Of a stretch of DNA of 64,000 nucleotides, positions 11,770-21,676 are shown piece after piece. The notes under the pieces are model-generated. The model did no database searches. It was given only the letters and a program-made list of their open reading frames with translations, and was not told the DNA's origin. The DNA lies in the NCBI GenBank assembly GCA_040878345.1, contig JBBDML010000009.1, forward strand, positions 42,693 through 106,692, given 5' to 3'. This DNA is from Acidimicrobiia bacterium. Lineage in GTDB: Bacteria; Actinomycetota; Acidimicrobiia; Spongiisociales; ZC4RG35. Numbering within the stretch: the stretch's first letter is position 1; each line of letters starts with the position of its first letter. Made by a program: the position numbers and the translations under genes.

Positions 11770-12399
11770 ATGACGGGTAAACCGCGCATCAGCTACGTGC
11801 CGCTCGACGACATGACCTCGGAGATGCGGGCAGAGATGGAGCGCTGCGCCCGGGAGGGGACTCCCCGGCCCGAGAGCTCGGCCGTTCGGGCCCATGTCCC
11901 CAACGCCTTCTGGTCCTTCGCCAACAGCTGGAAGGATCTCTTCCGAGATGGGGTGGTCGACCACGACATCAAAGAGCTGTGCCGCGTCTACGTGTCCCGT
12001 TCCGTCAAGTGCGAATACTGCGGGAATCAGCGCTCCGAGAAGGGACGCTCGATGGGGCTCACCGAAGGCAAGTACGACGACCTGCTCAACTTCGAGTCGT
12101 CGCAGGAGTACGACGACCGACAGAAGGCAGCGCTGGCCTATGCCGAGGCGATCACCTGGCATCTCGACACCGACGATGCGTTCTGGGAGCGTCTCAACCA
12201 GCACTTCGACGAAGCCGAACTGGTGGAGCTCGGGTGCTTCGTCGGTCTCACCATGGGTCAGCAGAGCTGGTTGCGTCTCCTCGACATCGATCACCATCAG
12301 GTGATGCCCGGGACCATGGCCGCCATGGCCCCCGGTTTCGAGAGCGCAGGGGACCTGGCCCAGTCGAAGGCTTCCGAGGACTACTGGGCCAAGTCCTGA
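11770..12399 (+). CDS. Carboxymuconolactone decarboxylase/AhpD-like protein
   Basis: IKELCRVYVSRSVKCEYC (CxxC), QKAALAYAEAI, HFDEAELVEL. Confidence 0.75.
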   Translation: MTGKPRISYVPLDDMTSEMRAEMERCAREGTPRPESSAVRAHVPNAFWSFANSWKDLFRDGVVDHDIKELCRVYVSRSVKCEYCGNQRSEKGRSMGLTEGKYDDLLNFESSQEYDDRQKAALAYAEAITWHLDTDDAFWERLNQHFDEAELVELGCFVGLTMGQQSWLRLLDIDHHQVMPGTMAAMAPGFESAGDLAQSKASEDYWAKS

Positions 12400-12419
12400 A
12401 CCCGGCTCGGGCCACCGCA

Positions 12420-14180
12420 ATGCACATCGATTGGGACGTCCCCATCGAGACGGACGACGGCCTGATACTCCGAGCCGACGTCTTCCGACCAGATCCGGAC
12501 GGTCGGTATCCGGTCATCCTCTCCTACGGGCCCTACGCCAAGGGTCTCGCATTTCAGGAGGGCTACCCCGACCAGTGGCGTCTGATGACGACCCAGCATC
12601 CCGATGTAGAGGCGGGCTCGAGCAACCGCTACCAGAACTGGGAGGTGGTCGACCCCGAGAAGTGGGTGCCCGACGGCTACGCAGTGGTCCGCGTCGACTC
12701 CCGGGGTTGCGGGCGCTCCCCCGGCTATGTCGACGTGTTCTCCCAACGGGAGACCGACGACTTGGCGGCCTGCATCGAGTGGGCCGGAGTCCAGCCGTGG
12801 AGCACCGGAAAGGTGGGTCTCAACGGGATCTCCTACTACGCAATCAACCAGTGGCACGTCGCCTCCCGACAGCCGGAGCACCTCGTCGCCATGTGCGTGT
12901 GGGAGGGGGCGGCCGACTGTTATCGGGACATGACCCACCATGGCGGAATCCTCTCCACCTTCTGGGCGAACTGGTACGACATGCAGGTGAAAACGGTCCA
13001 ACACGGTCTCGGCGAACGTGGCGCCGTGAGCCGGGTCACCAGGGTCCCCGTCACCGGCGACATCACCTTGAACCAGGCGGAGCTGGAGCGGAACCGGGCC
13101 GAATTGGGAGCAGACGTCCGTGAGCATGCCCTCGACGACCAGTTTCATCGGGACCGCTCGCCCGACTGGTCGAGGGTCGACATCCCTCTCCTCACGGCGG
13201 GCAATTGGGGAGGACAGGGGCTGCACCTGCGTGGCAACGTGGAGGGCTTCGCCCGCTCGGCCACCCGGCGCAAGTGGCTGGAGCTCCACGGCCTCGAGCA
13301 TTGGACTCACTTCTACACCGACTACGGGGTCGGCATGCAGAAGCGGTTCTTCGCCCGGTTCTTGAAGGACGCGGACAACGGATGGGACGACGAGCCGCCG
13401 GTCCGACTCCAGATCCGGCGTGTCGACCGCTACGAGGAGCGCACCGCCGGGGGGTGGCCTCTGCCCGACACCGAATGGACCACTCTCTACCTGGACGCCG
13501 GCGATACGACCCTCTCACATCAGGTGCCTGAGGTCCGACGAGAGATCCGTTACGACGCCGCGGGTGACGGCGTGACGTTCCTACTCGATCCGCTCGACGT
13601 CGAGACCGAGATCACCGGTCCGGTCGCGCTGAGGCTGTTCGTCTCGTCGGCCACCAGAGACGCCGACATATTCGCGGTGGTGCGTATCTTCGATACCCAT
13701 GGCGACGAGGTCACGTTTCAAGGCGCCATCGACCCGCACACCCCGGTGGCTCAAGGCTGGCTGCGGGCATCGCACCGACGCCTCGATGCGGAGCTGTCTC
13801 TCCCCTACCGCCCGTATCACACCCACGATCGCGTTGAGCCGCTGACGCCGGGCGAGATATACGAGCTCGATGTCGAGATCTGGCCGACGTCGATCGTCGC
13901 CCCGGCCGGCTACCGCCTCGGACTGTCTGTCCGGGGGAACGACTACCGGTACGAGGGAGATCTTGGCGGGGCATCGCTGAGCACCTTCAAGAACCGCCTC
14001 ACAGGATGCGGGCCATTCCTCCACGACGACCCGCTCGACCGTCCAGCCGACGTCTTTGGCGACGGGGTGACGCTTCACACCGGCCCCGATCACAGGTCCT
14101 CATTGTTGTTGCCGGTGATACCCCGTTCTCGACGGTCGGCTACCGGCCACTCACCGCTGGAGGAGCCGTCGACGACCTGA
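12420..14180 (+). CDS. CocE/NonD family hydrolase
   Basis: LRADVFRP, GYAVVRVDSRG, nucleophile GISYY, C-terminal EITGP/GWLRASHR domain. Confidence 0.9.
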   Translation: MHIDWDVPIETDDGLILRADVFRPDPDGRYPVILSYGPYAKGLAFQEGYPDQWRLMTTQHPDVEAGSSNRYQNWEVVDPEKWVPDGYAVVRVDSRGCGRSPGYVDVFSQRETDDLAACIEWAGVQPWSTGKVGLNGISYYAINQWHVASRQPEHLVAMCVWEGAADCYRDMTHHGGILSTFWANWYDMQVKTVQHGLGERGAVSRVTRVPVTGDITLNQAELERNRAELGADVREHALDDQFHRDRSPDWSRVDIPLLTAGNWGGQGLHLRGNVEGFARSATRRKWLELHGLEHWTHFYTDYGVGMQKRFFARFLKDADNGWDDEPPVRLQIRRVDRYEERTAGGWPLPDTEWTTLYLDAGDTTLSHQVPEVRREIRYDAAGDGVTFLLDPLDVETEITGPVALRLFVSSATRDADIFAVVRIFDTHGDEVTFQGAIDPHTPVAQGWLRASHRRLDAELSLPYRPYHTHDRVEPLTPGEIYELDVEIWPTSIVAPAGYRLGLSVRGNDYRYEGDLGGASLSTFKNRLTGCGPFLHDDPLDRPADVFGDGVTLHTGPDHRSSLLLPVIPRSRRSATGHSPLEEPSTT

Positions 14181-15171
14181 TGGCGAGGGTGGGTGAGAGG
14201 AGGACCCGACCGGGAGAGACGACCGCTCCGGCGATGAGCGCAAGGAGCGTGCTGGCCGCATCGGCGCCCATCTGGCGATAGGGAACCCGAACGGCTGTCA
14301 TCGGGGGCTGCATGAGGTCGAGAAGGGGAATGTCGTTGTAGCCGGTGATGGAGACATCCACTCCGATGACCTTGCCCAGGGATCGCACCGCCCGGTAACA
14401 ACCCAGACCCAACAGGTCGTTGGCCGCCACGATCGCAGTGATGTGTGGATGACGTCGGAGCAGGGTGAGGGCGGCGGTGGTCCCCGGCTCAACCTGATAC
14501 CACTCGGCCTCCTCGACGAGATCGATGTCGGCGTCGAGCCCCACGGTCGTCATCCAGTCGAGAAACGCGTCGCGACGGTCCTTGCCCGTCGATACCCACG
14601 AGGGTCCCGCCACATGACCGATGCGCTCGTGGCCCAACTCCCTCAGGTGTCTCACCGCCAACCCGATCCCAGCGTGATCGTCGCCGACGATCGCCGGGAT
14701 GGAATCGTCGTCGACCGACCGGTTGACGAGGACCATCGATGCGTCTCGTTGCGCCTGCCGGGCGACCTCGGAGACCACTCGGCCTGGAGTCGCCAGGATG
14801 AGCCCGTCGACGTGGCGCTCCAGCATGTCCTCCACGAGGCTGTCGGCGTGACTCGGCCCCATGTCGGCGTTGCCGATCAGCACCGAGTAGCCCTCCTCGA
14901 CCAGCACCGACTCAGCACCGGCGATGATCGGTCCGAAGAGGGGGTTCTCGACGTCCGGGATGATCACACCGACCGACATGGTGCGGTTGGTTCGCAACCC
15001 TCTCGCCAGTGGATGCGGTCGATAACCGAGCCTCCGGGCGGCTTCGGCGACCCTCTCCACGGTCTCCGGGTTGACGATCGAGGCGGTGCTCGGATTGAGG
15101 GCGCGTGATGCCGTTGAGATATGCACCCCTGCCTCGCGGGCCACGTCTTTCAATGTGGTTCGGGTCGACAC
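14140..15171 (-). CDS. LacI family transcriptional regulator
   Basis: [28 protein letters not shown] hinge, ANDLLGLG. Confidence 0.95.
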   Translation of the reverse strand: MSTRTTLKDVAREAGVHISTASRALNPSTASIVNPETVERVAEAARRLGYRPHPLARGLRTNRTMSVGVIIPDVENPLFGPIIAGAESVLVEEGYSVLIGNADMGPSHADSLVEDMLERHVDGLILATPGRVVSEVARQAQRDASMVLVNRSVDDDSIPAIVGDDHAGIGLAVRHLRELGHERIGHVAGPSWVSTGKDRRDAFLDWMTTVGLDADIDLVEEAEWYQVEPGTTAALTLLRRHPHITAIVAANDLLGLGCYRAVRSLGKVIGVDVSITGYNDIPLLDLMQPPMTAVRVPYRQMGADAASTLLALIAGAVVSPGRVLLSPTLAIRSSTAPPAVSGR

Positions 15172-15291
15172 CGTGCCCCGAGGCTATCCGTTGCTCTGGC
15201 TGTCGTGGGGAGTCAGCTCGACTTGGCGTCGAATCCGTCACGGCCGGTATTGGGGGTCTGTTTGCGCTTCCGTATCGAGAATCCGATAATA

Positions 15292-15301
15292 CAAACGATT
15301 G
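15292..15301. promoter_or_regulatory. Putative LacI-family operator CAAACGATTG
   Basis: In the divergent intergenic region between lacI and the dehydrogenase gene. Confidence 0.55.
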
Positions 15302-15357
15302 CGGGAGGTACCCCAAAGTGCCCTCGCATGCCGCTAGGCGAGAGGAGAGCGAGCAAG

Positions 15358-16293
15358 ATGGCCGAGAACAAGCACCCGCATCGGGTGGGCTGGATCGGGA
15401 CGGGCCGGATGGGTGCCGCCCTCATCGAGCGACTGCTCGCCTCCCATGTCGATCTCTGGATCTACAACCGGACTCGCTCCAAGGCTGAGCCCTTGGCCAC
15501 CAAAGGTGCCAAGATCGTGGACTCACCTGACGACCTCGCCGAGCGTGACATCGTCTTCACCATGGTCGCCGGTCCCGAGGATGTCCTCGAGGTCACGGTA
15601 GGGGAACGAGGTGTTCTCTCTCGCTCCGATCACCGGCCTGGGATCATCGTCGACTCGACGACGATCGACGCCACCACCTCGCAGACTCTCACGGAGAGAG
15701 CGGCCGAGCTCGGGACGGCGGTGCTGGCAGCCCCGGTGTCGGGCAACCCCAAAGTGGTGAGATCGGGCCGTCTCACCACGGTGGTGTCGGGGCCTAGGGA
15801 AGCATACGAGACGGTGCTCCCCTACCTCGAGTGTTTCGGACGCAAAGTCACCTACGTGGGCGCGGGTGACGAGGCGCGGTTGGTGAAGATATGTCACAAC
15901 CTGATGCTCGGCGTCGTCACTCAGTCCATGGCCGAGATCACTCTCCTCGCCGAGGCCGCCGGGGTGTCGAGGTCCGACTTCCTCGAGTTCCTCAACGACA
16001 GTGTGATGGGCTCCACCTTCACCAGGTACAAGACCCCGGCATTCGTCAATCTGGACTACAAGCCGACATTCACCTGGCATCTGCTCCGTAAGGACTTCGA
16101 GTTGGGGCTCGAGACCGGCAGGCTGCTCGATGTGCCGCTGCCGACCGCCGCCCTGGTGCACCAGATCGTCGTGGACGGCATCGGGCGCGGATACGGGGAC
16201 CAGGACTTTGCCTCGATGCTGAGCCGGCATGCTGAAGGCGCCGGCATCGACCTGGTCCCTGAGGGCAAGGACGTCTCCGACGGTCTGAGTTGA
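15358..16293 (+). CDS. NAD(P)-dependent oxidoreductase, 3-hydroxyisobutyrate dehydrogenase family
   Basis: GWIGTGRMG, APVSG, VKICHN catalytic Lys, KDFELG. Confidence 0.85.
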   Translation: MAENKHPHRVGWIGTGRMGAALIERLLASHVDLWIYNRTRSKAEPLATKGAKIVDSPDDLAERDIVFTMVAGPEDVLEVTVGERGVLSRSDHRPGIIVDSTTIDATTSQTLTERAAELGTAVLAAPVSGNPKVVRSGRLTTVVSGPREAYETVLPYLECFGRKVTYVGAGDEARLVKICHNLMLGVVTQSMAEITLLAEAAGVSRSDFLEFLNDSVMGSTFTRYKTPAFVNLDYKPTFTWHLLRKDFELGLETGRLLDVPLPTAALVHQIVVDGIGRGYGDQDFASMLSRHAEGAGIDLVPEGKDVSDGLS

Positions 16294-16324
16294 GGCCCCC
16301 CGCTGGGTCGCTACCAGAGCCGAC

Positions 16325-17215
16325 TCAGAGGTGCTCGTCGAGATAGGTGAGAACACCGTCGATGGCCGCCTCGGCCACCTCGTTGACCTCGTATTCGCCG
16401 TCGGGACCACGTAACGGGTACACATAGCCGTGGAGGTCGTGGTCCCAGCTGACCCACTCCACCGGCTTGCCCGCCTCGGCGAGCAACTGGTACGAGACCC
16501 GAAATATCCCCTGGAGGTGGTCATCGTCCCTCCCCATGACCAGGATCGGGGTGTCGATGGTCGAGATCCGCTCCATCGCCTTCTTCATGTCGATGCGGGA
16601 GCGGACCTTCTCGGCCTCGACCATCTGCATCTCCTCGATGTTGCGCATCCCGGTGTCGGGCTCGACGAAGGCGGACTCGTCGGGGGTCAATGCGAGGAAC
16701 TCATGCGCCGCCGGCTCGGATGCCACCGCCGCCTTGATGCCCTGGTACTCCGAAGTGATCTTGAGCACCATCTCCCCGCCATGGCTCATCCCGATCAGAC
16801 CGATCCTGTCGGCGTCGATCCGAGGGTCCTCCTTGAGGTGCTCGACGATGGCGATCTCATCCTCGTACTCCAGGGGTGAGCGGTTGAACATGTCGCGGCC
16901 CTGTCTGATGTCCCGGATCAGCCGCCCTCCGTTGTGGTAACCGAGCTCGACCTCGGCCCGATAGCGAATCCAGGCACAGGCATAACCTCGCTCGAGGAGA
17001 CGGTCCATGATGCATCCCCGGTTGGCGACGGCGTCCCTGATCCAGGCCATCCCTCCCCCACCGTTCCCGGAAGCGAGCAAGACCAAAGGGTGGGGGCCGT
17101 CGCCCGACGGCACACGGAGGCCGATGGGGGCATAGAGACCGTCCCAGGTCTCCACATAGCCGAGCTCCACGGGGATGTCGGAGCCGGCTACCTCCTCGAT
17201 CGTGACTGCGTTCAC
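16325..17215 (-). CDS. Alpha/beta hydrolase (S9/dienelactone hydrolase-like)
   Basis: DPRIDADRIGLIGMSHGG elbow, GRDDD, HGY; AAGGAG RBS. Confidence 0.75.
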   Translation of the reverse strand: MNAVTIEEVAGSDIPVELGYVETWDGLYAPIGLRVPSGDGPHPLVLLASGNGGGGMAWIRDAVANRGCIMDRLLERGYACAWIRYRAEVELGYHNGGRLIRDIRQGRDMFNRSPLEYEDEIAIVEHLKEDPRIDADRIGLIGMSHGGEMVLKITSEYQGIKAAVASEPAAHEFLALTPDESAFVEPDTGMRNIEEMQMVEAEKVRSRIDMKKAMERISTIDTPILVMGRDDDHLQGIFRVSYQLLAEAGKPVEWVSWDHDLHGYVYPLRGPDGEYEVNEVAEAAIDGVLTYLDEHL

Positions 17216-17285
17216 CTCAGCTCCTTCTCGGCCTGCGCAAACGATAGGGCATTAACCTACCTGGCATGATCGACGACGGACCACG

Positions 17286-18245
17286 ATGAGAGCCGCACAG
17301 GTCACGGTCATCGGGGCTTCACCTCAGCCCGTCGAGTTGGGCGACCCATCCGTCGGACACGGTCAGGCGCTCATTGCGGTGACTGCCGTTGCGCTCAACC
17401 CTGTCGAGCTACGTGTTGCCGCGGGGCAAATGCCCGGTGCGGTGACCCCGTATGTGCCCGGTCTCGAGGGCGTGGGCACCATCATCAGTTCCAGCACTCT
17501 CCCCGAGGGCACCCGGGTCCGCTTCGAGAACGACCTGCCTGGGTTTGGCAAGGACGGGGCAATGAGGGAGATCGCAGTCGCCGAGGAGGGGGCTCTCGTC
17601 GAGTTGCCCTCGTCGGTCGACGACAACACCGCTGCCGCCGTCGGCGTAGCCGGAGTGACCGCCGAGCTAGCGCTTCGACTGGCGGGTATGAAGGGCGGGG
17701 AGAGAGTCGCGGTCCTCGGCGCCACCGGCGGCGTCGGCCAGATGGCGGTGCAACTGGCCGCTGCCCGGGGTGCGTCCTCCGTCGTGGCGGTGGGACGTCA
17801 TCGACCCGGGCTCGGCTGGCTCGAGTCCAACGGCGCCACGGCGACGGTCGACCTCGCCGTGTCAGCGGACCTGCCCGAGGCACTCATCGAAGCCGCAGGC
17901 GGTCCTCTCGACATCGTGGTGGACCTGGTCTGGGGTGCTCCGGCAATCGGCGCCATCTCTGCCCTGGCCGACCAAGGAAGGCTGGTGAACGTGGGGAACA
18001 CCGCGGGGACCCATGCCGACCTGCCGCTTCAAGCGATGCGCAAGGCCCGCAGCTCGGTCGTCGGCCTCTCCTCCGGATGGACCCCGATGCCCGAGAAGCT
18101 GGATGCCTTTCGCTTCGTGATCGAGCAGGTCTCGGTCGGTGCCGTCAAGGTGAATCTCGATGTGGAGCCTCTCGAGTCGATCGGATCGGCCTGGTCACGC
18201 CAGGAGCAGTACCCCCACGCCAAGATCGTCGTCTCGATGATTTGA
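17286..18245 (+). CDS. MDR family quinone oxidoreductase-like protein
   Basis: ALNPVE, PYVPGLEGVG, GATGGVG; no Zn ligands. Confidence 0.8.
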   Translation: MRAAQVTVIGASPQPVELGDPSVGHGQALIAVTAVALNPVELRVAAGQMPGAVTPYVPGLEGVGTIISSSTLPEGTRVRFENDLPGFGKDGAMREIAVAEEGALVELPSSVDDNTAAAVGVAGVTAELALRLAGMKGGERVAVLGATGGVGQMAVQLAAARGASSVVAVGRHRPGLGWLESNGATATVDLAVSADLPEALIEAAGGPLDIVVDLVWGAPAIGAISALADQGRLVNVGNTAGTHADLPLQAMRKARSSVVGLSSGWTPMPEKLDAFRFVIEQVSVGAVKVNLDVEPLESIGSAWSRQEQYPHAKIVVSMI

Positions 18246-18263
18246 ACGGGGAGCCCGCCCGAC

Positions 18264-20570
18264 TCAGACCGGCGATGCCCCCACGCGGTCTCTCGACCCT
18301 GACAGCGCCGCCCACACCGTCGCCGGGCGGAGCGGCATCTGGAGGTCGGTGACTCCATATGGGGCCAGGGCGTCCAGTACCGCGTTGACGATGGCGGGCG
18401 GTGCACCGATGCAACCGGCCTCGCCCGTCCCCTTGGCCCCGAGAGGGTTGGAGGGCGCCGGATGGACCAAACGTCCCGAGATGACCGGCGGAGCGTCGGT
18501 GGCGCGTGGCATTGCGTAGTCGATGAGGGTCGAGGTGAGGAGCTGGCCCTGCTCCGAGTACTGGACGCCCTCATACAAAGCCTGACCGACACCCTGCATC
18601 AGCGAACCGTGGAGCTGGCCCTCCACGATCATGGGATTGAGCACGTTGCCGCAGTCGTCGACTGCCACCAGACGTTGGAGACTCACCTCCCCGGTGTCGA
18701 GGTCCACCTCCACCACGGCCGCATGCACCCCGTAGGGGAACGTCTGCGCGCCGGGGACGAACCACTCCTCGGCCGCCAGGTCCACGCCTCGCTGGTGGGC
18801 AGCCTCCGCCACCTCGGCCCAACCCATCTCGGTTCCCGGCACCCCGACGATCGAAAACGACCCATCGGTCAGCATCACATCCGCCGGCGAGGCCTCGAGG
18901 AGGTCGGCGACCAACTCCGTCGCCGTTTGCCTGACCACATGGGCCGTCCGCCATATCGCCGCCCCGCCGATCTGAGCGGACCTGCTGGCGAAGGTTCCGG
19001 TGCCCTGTGCCACCTCGTCGGTATCGCCCGCCACGTAGTGGACCTCATCGGGTGAGACTCCGAGCGCCGCCGCCGCCACCTGGGACCAGGCTGTCTCGTG
19101 TCCCTGACCCGAGGAGGCCGAGCCGGTGCGCACAGTTATCGAGCCGTTCCGGTCGACCTCGACCCGTCCGTACTCCCCGGCGTCCACTGCGCCTCCGGCC
19201 CGCTCCACGAAGGCGCCGAAGCCGATTCCGAGGGGATTTCGTCCCTCGGCGAGACGGGTCCGTTGCTCGACCCTGAGCCGGTCCAGTTCCACCAGATCGA
19301 CGGCGCGACGCATGGCCTCGGCGTAGTCGCCGGAGTCGTAGAGGGCGCCGGTGGGAGTTCGGTGTGGGAGAGCCTCGGTCGGTATGAAGTTGGCCAGCCG
19401 CACCTCGACCGGATCGAGATTGGCGGCCCTGGCGAATGCGTCCACGGCCCGTTCTATGGCGTAGGCGGCCTCGGGTCGCCCCGCCCCCCGGTAGGAGCCG
19501 GTCGGTGCGGTGTTGGTCACCACCGAGGTGGTGGTCACGGACACGCTCTCGATGTCGTAGAGCCCGAGGGCCACCAGGCGGGAGAAGATCGGGATGGAAG
19601 ACCCATTGTGCGGATAGGCGCCGACGTCGGCCAGGATGTCGATCTCGGCACGCTCGATGCGACCGTTCCGTCTCCCCATGAGCTTCACGCGGTGGACCGA
19701 GCCGCGTCCGTGCGTGCCTCCACTGAAGTGCTCGCGGCGTCTCTCCGCCCACATCACCGGCCGCCCCAGGCGAAGGGCGATGGCCGCCGTCACCATGTGC
19801 TCCGGATAGGTCATGCCCTTCATGCCGAAGGCCCCACCCACATCAGGAACCACGACATGGAGCTTGTCGCGGTCGATCGGGATCAGCTGGGACAGACGCG
19901 CCTGCACACCGTGGGGTCGCTGATGGCTGATGTACACGGTGAGACGTCCGTCATCCTCCGGCACGGCCAGTATGACCAGGGGCTCGATCGGGTTGGGGGC
20001 GAGCCGTTGATTGGTCACCTCGAGCTCGACCACGACCTCGTAGTCCTGACGGAGCTCTCCAACCTCGAGGTTCGACCGGTGGACGACATTGGTCCCCGCT
20101 TTCTCGTGGATGAGCTGTCGGTCCTCGAGGCTGAAGCGGGGGTGGATCACTGCAGGCAGCGGCTCATAGTCCACCCAGATCAAATCGGCCGCGTCGACGG
20201 CTGCTGCCACCGATGCGGCGGCAACCACCGCCACCGGCTCGCCGACATAGCGGACCTTCTCCCGGGCAAGTTGTGGCCTGGCAAAGTCGGGGGCGGGTAT
20301 GGAGATGTTGTCACCAGGGATGTCAGGGAGATCCAGGTCTTCACCGGTGAACACCCCTTCCACTGCAGCACCGTCAACTGCATCGGTGTCGATCGCGGTG
20401 ATTCCGGCATGCGCCTCGGTGCTGCGGACGAACGCCAGGTGGACGGTCTCCGGCGAAGCGAGGTCGGCGACGAAACGCCCGGCACCGGTGATCAGGCGAT
20501 GGTCTTCCCGGCGAAGGAACGAATGGGGCTCGAAATAGGGGATCTCGTCCACGTCGACCTTTATAGCCAC
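18264..20570 (-). CDS. Xanthine dehydrogenase/CoxL-family molybdopterin-binding subunit
   Basis: RREDHRLITG, VGGAFGMK, SYRGAGR, GQGHET, VEGQLHG, GAKGTGE; start approximate. Confidence 0.92.
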   Translation of the reverse strand: MAIKVDVDEIPYFEPHSFLRREDHRLITGAGRFVADLASPETVHLAFVRSTEAHAGITAIDTDAVDGAAVEGVFTGEDLDLPDIPGDNISIPAPDFARPQLAREKVRYVGEPVAVVAAASVAAAVDAADLIWVDYEPLPAVIHPRFSLEDRQLIHEKAGTNVVHRSNLEVGELRQDYEVVVELEVTNQRLAPNPIEPLVILAVPEDDGRLTVYISHQRPHGVQARLSQLIPIDRDKLHVVVPDVGGAFGMKGMTYPEHMVTAAIALRLGRPVMWAERRREHFSGGTHGRGSVHRVKLMGRRNGRIERAEIDILADVGAYPHNGSSIPIFSRLVALGLYDIESVSVTTTSVVTNTAPTGSYRGAGRPEAAYAIERAVDAFARAANLDPVEVRLANFIPTEALPHRTPTGALYDSGDYAEAMRRAVDLVELDRLRVEQRTRLAEGRNPLGIGFGAFVERAGGAVDAGEYGRVEVDRNGSITVRTGSASSGQGHETAWSQVAAAALGVSPDEVHYVAGDTDEVAQGTGTFASRSAQIGGAAIWRTAHVVRQTATELVADLLEASPADVMLTDGSFSIVGVPGTEMGWAEVAEAAHQRGVDLAAEEWFVPGAQTFPYGVHAAVVEVDLDTGEVSLQRLVAVDDCGNVLNPMIVEGQLHGSLMQGVGQALYEGVQYSEQGQLLTSTLIDYAMPRATDAPPVISGRLVHPAPSNPLGAKGTGEAGCIGAPPAIVNAVLDALAPYGVTDLQMPLRPATVWAALSGSRDRVGASPV

Positions 20571-20585
20571 CCACCACCGACCGGG

Positions 20586-20608
20586 CAATCGCTTGGGACA
20601 ATCGATTG
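20586..20608. promoter_or_regulatory. Tandem putative LacI operators (CAATCGCTTG 20586-20595; CAATCGATTG 20599-20608)
   Basis: Between the divergent Mo-subunit and Gfo/Idh/MocA genes; TAGGAT at 20620. Confidence 0.55.
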
Positions 20609-20649
20609 CAACCCAGGGTTAGGATCGTTCCCCGCCCTGAAGGAGTGCG

Positions 20650-21630
20650 ATGGCTGAGAGTGTGAAGGTGGCCAGTGTCGGTCTGGGATGGTGGGGCAAG
20701 GAGCTTGCCCGGGGCGCCAAAGCCGCCGGCATCGAGGTGGTGGCTTGCTACGCACGCACCGAGCAGACCAGAAACGCCTTCGCGGCGGAGGCGGGCTGTG
20801 AGCCGGCGTCGAGTCTCGAAGAGGTCCTCGCCGACCCCACCGTCGACGGCCTGCTCATCGCTACCTCACACGGCAGTCATCGTCAGTTGGTGGAGGCCGG
20901 CGCCGGGGCGGGGAAGCATGTGTTCATCGAGAAACCCCTTGCCCTGTCGGTGGAAGACGCCAAAGCCTGTGTCCGTGCAGCAGAAGCTGCCGGGACCGTG
21001 CTTCAGGTCGGGTTCCAACGACGCCGGTATCCCGCCCACAGGGAGATCAAGCGTCTCATCGATGAGGGCTCGATCGGGGAGATCGAGACGCTGGAGGCGA
21101 ATCACTCACTGCCCAATCGCATTCCCGAGAACGCCTGGCGCTGGGATGAGGGGGAGAGCCCGTTGGGATCGATGACCTCACTCGGCATCCATCAGATCGA
21201 GAACTTCCACTATCTGGCGGGGCCGATCATCAGAGTGGGCGCGATGTCCCGCCCCGGTCGCTCGGTGTCGATCGACGAGGCGACCGCCCTCGTCTTCGAG
21301 TTCGCCGGGGGCGCGGTTGGGACCCTCATCTCCTCGTTCTTCACGCCATGGCGGATCAGCCTGGCTGTGCACGGCACCGATGGCGCTGCCCTCGCCGATC
21401 GGGACGGGACGACCCTCGCCTTTCAACCGAGAACTGAGAACCGGCCGACCGAGATCCCCTTGGCCGAGGTCGACGCGGTGACCGATCAACTGGTCGAGTT
21501 CGCCACCTGCGTCCGCGAGGACAGACGTCCCGAGGTGTCGGGCGCCGAGGGTCTCGCCGTCGTCGCGGTGCTGGAGGCGGCCCAGCGGAGTGCGGTGACC
21601 GGGTCGTTCGAGCGGGTCGACACGGGGTGA
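20650..21630 (+). CDS. Gfo/Idh/MocA family oxidoreductase
   Basis: VGLGWWG, HVFIEKP, VGFQRR, LGIH. Confidence 0.9.
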   Translation: MAESVKVASVGLGWWGKELARGAKAAGIEVVACYARTEQTRNAFAAEAGCEPASSLEEVLADPTVDGLLIATSHGSHRQLVEAGAGAGKHVFIEKPLALSVEDAKACVRAAEAAGTVLQVGFQRRRYPAHREIKRLIDEGSIGEIETLEANHSLPNRIPENAWRWDEGESPLGSMTSLGIHQIENFHYLAGPIIRVGAMSRPGRSVSIDEATALVFEFAGGAVGTLISSFFTPWRISLAVHGTDGAALADRDGTTLAFQPRTENRPTEIPLAEVDAVTDQLVEFATCVREDRRPEVSGAEGLAVVAVLEAAQRSAVTGSFERVDTG

Positions 21631-21644
21631 GGGTCTGTTGCCCC

Positions 21645-21656
21645 GCAAACGTTTGC
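21645..21656. promoter_or_regulatory. Putative LacI operator GCAAACGTTTGC
   Basis: Perfect 12-bp palindrome followed by a TACACT -10-like box at 21661. Confidence 0.6.
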
Positions 21657-21676
21657 TCCATACACTCGGCGACCCG

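Noticed and set aside
11979-12419. N-terminal extension of the CocE ORF (similarly 29016-29417 and 56294-56803)
   Set aside because: These overlap upstream genes in another frame with low-complexity Arg-rich translation
18264-20570. Calling this coxL (aerobic CO dehydrogenase)
   Set aside because: It lacks the form I AYxCSFR motif and the cox accessory genes
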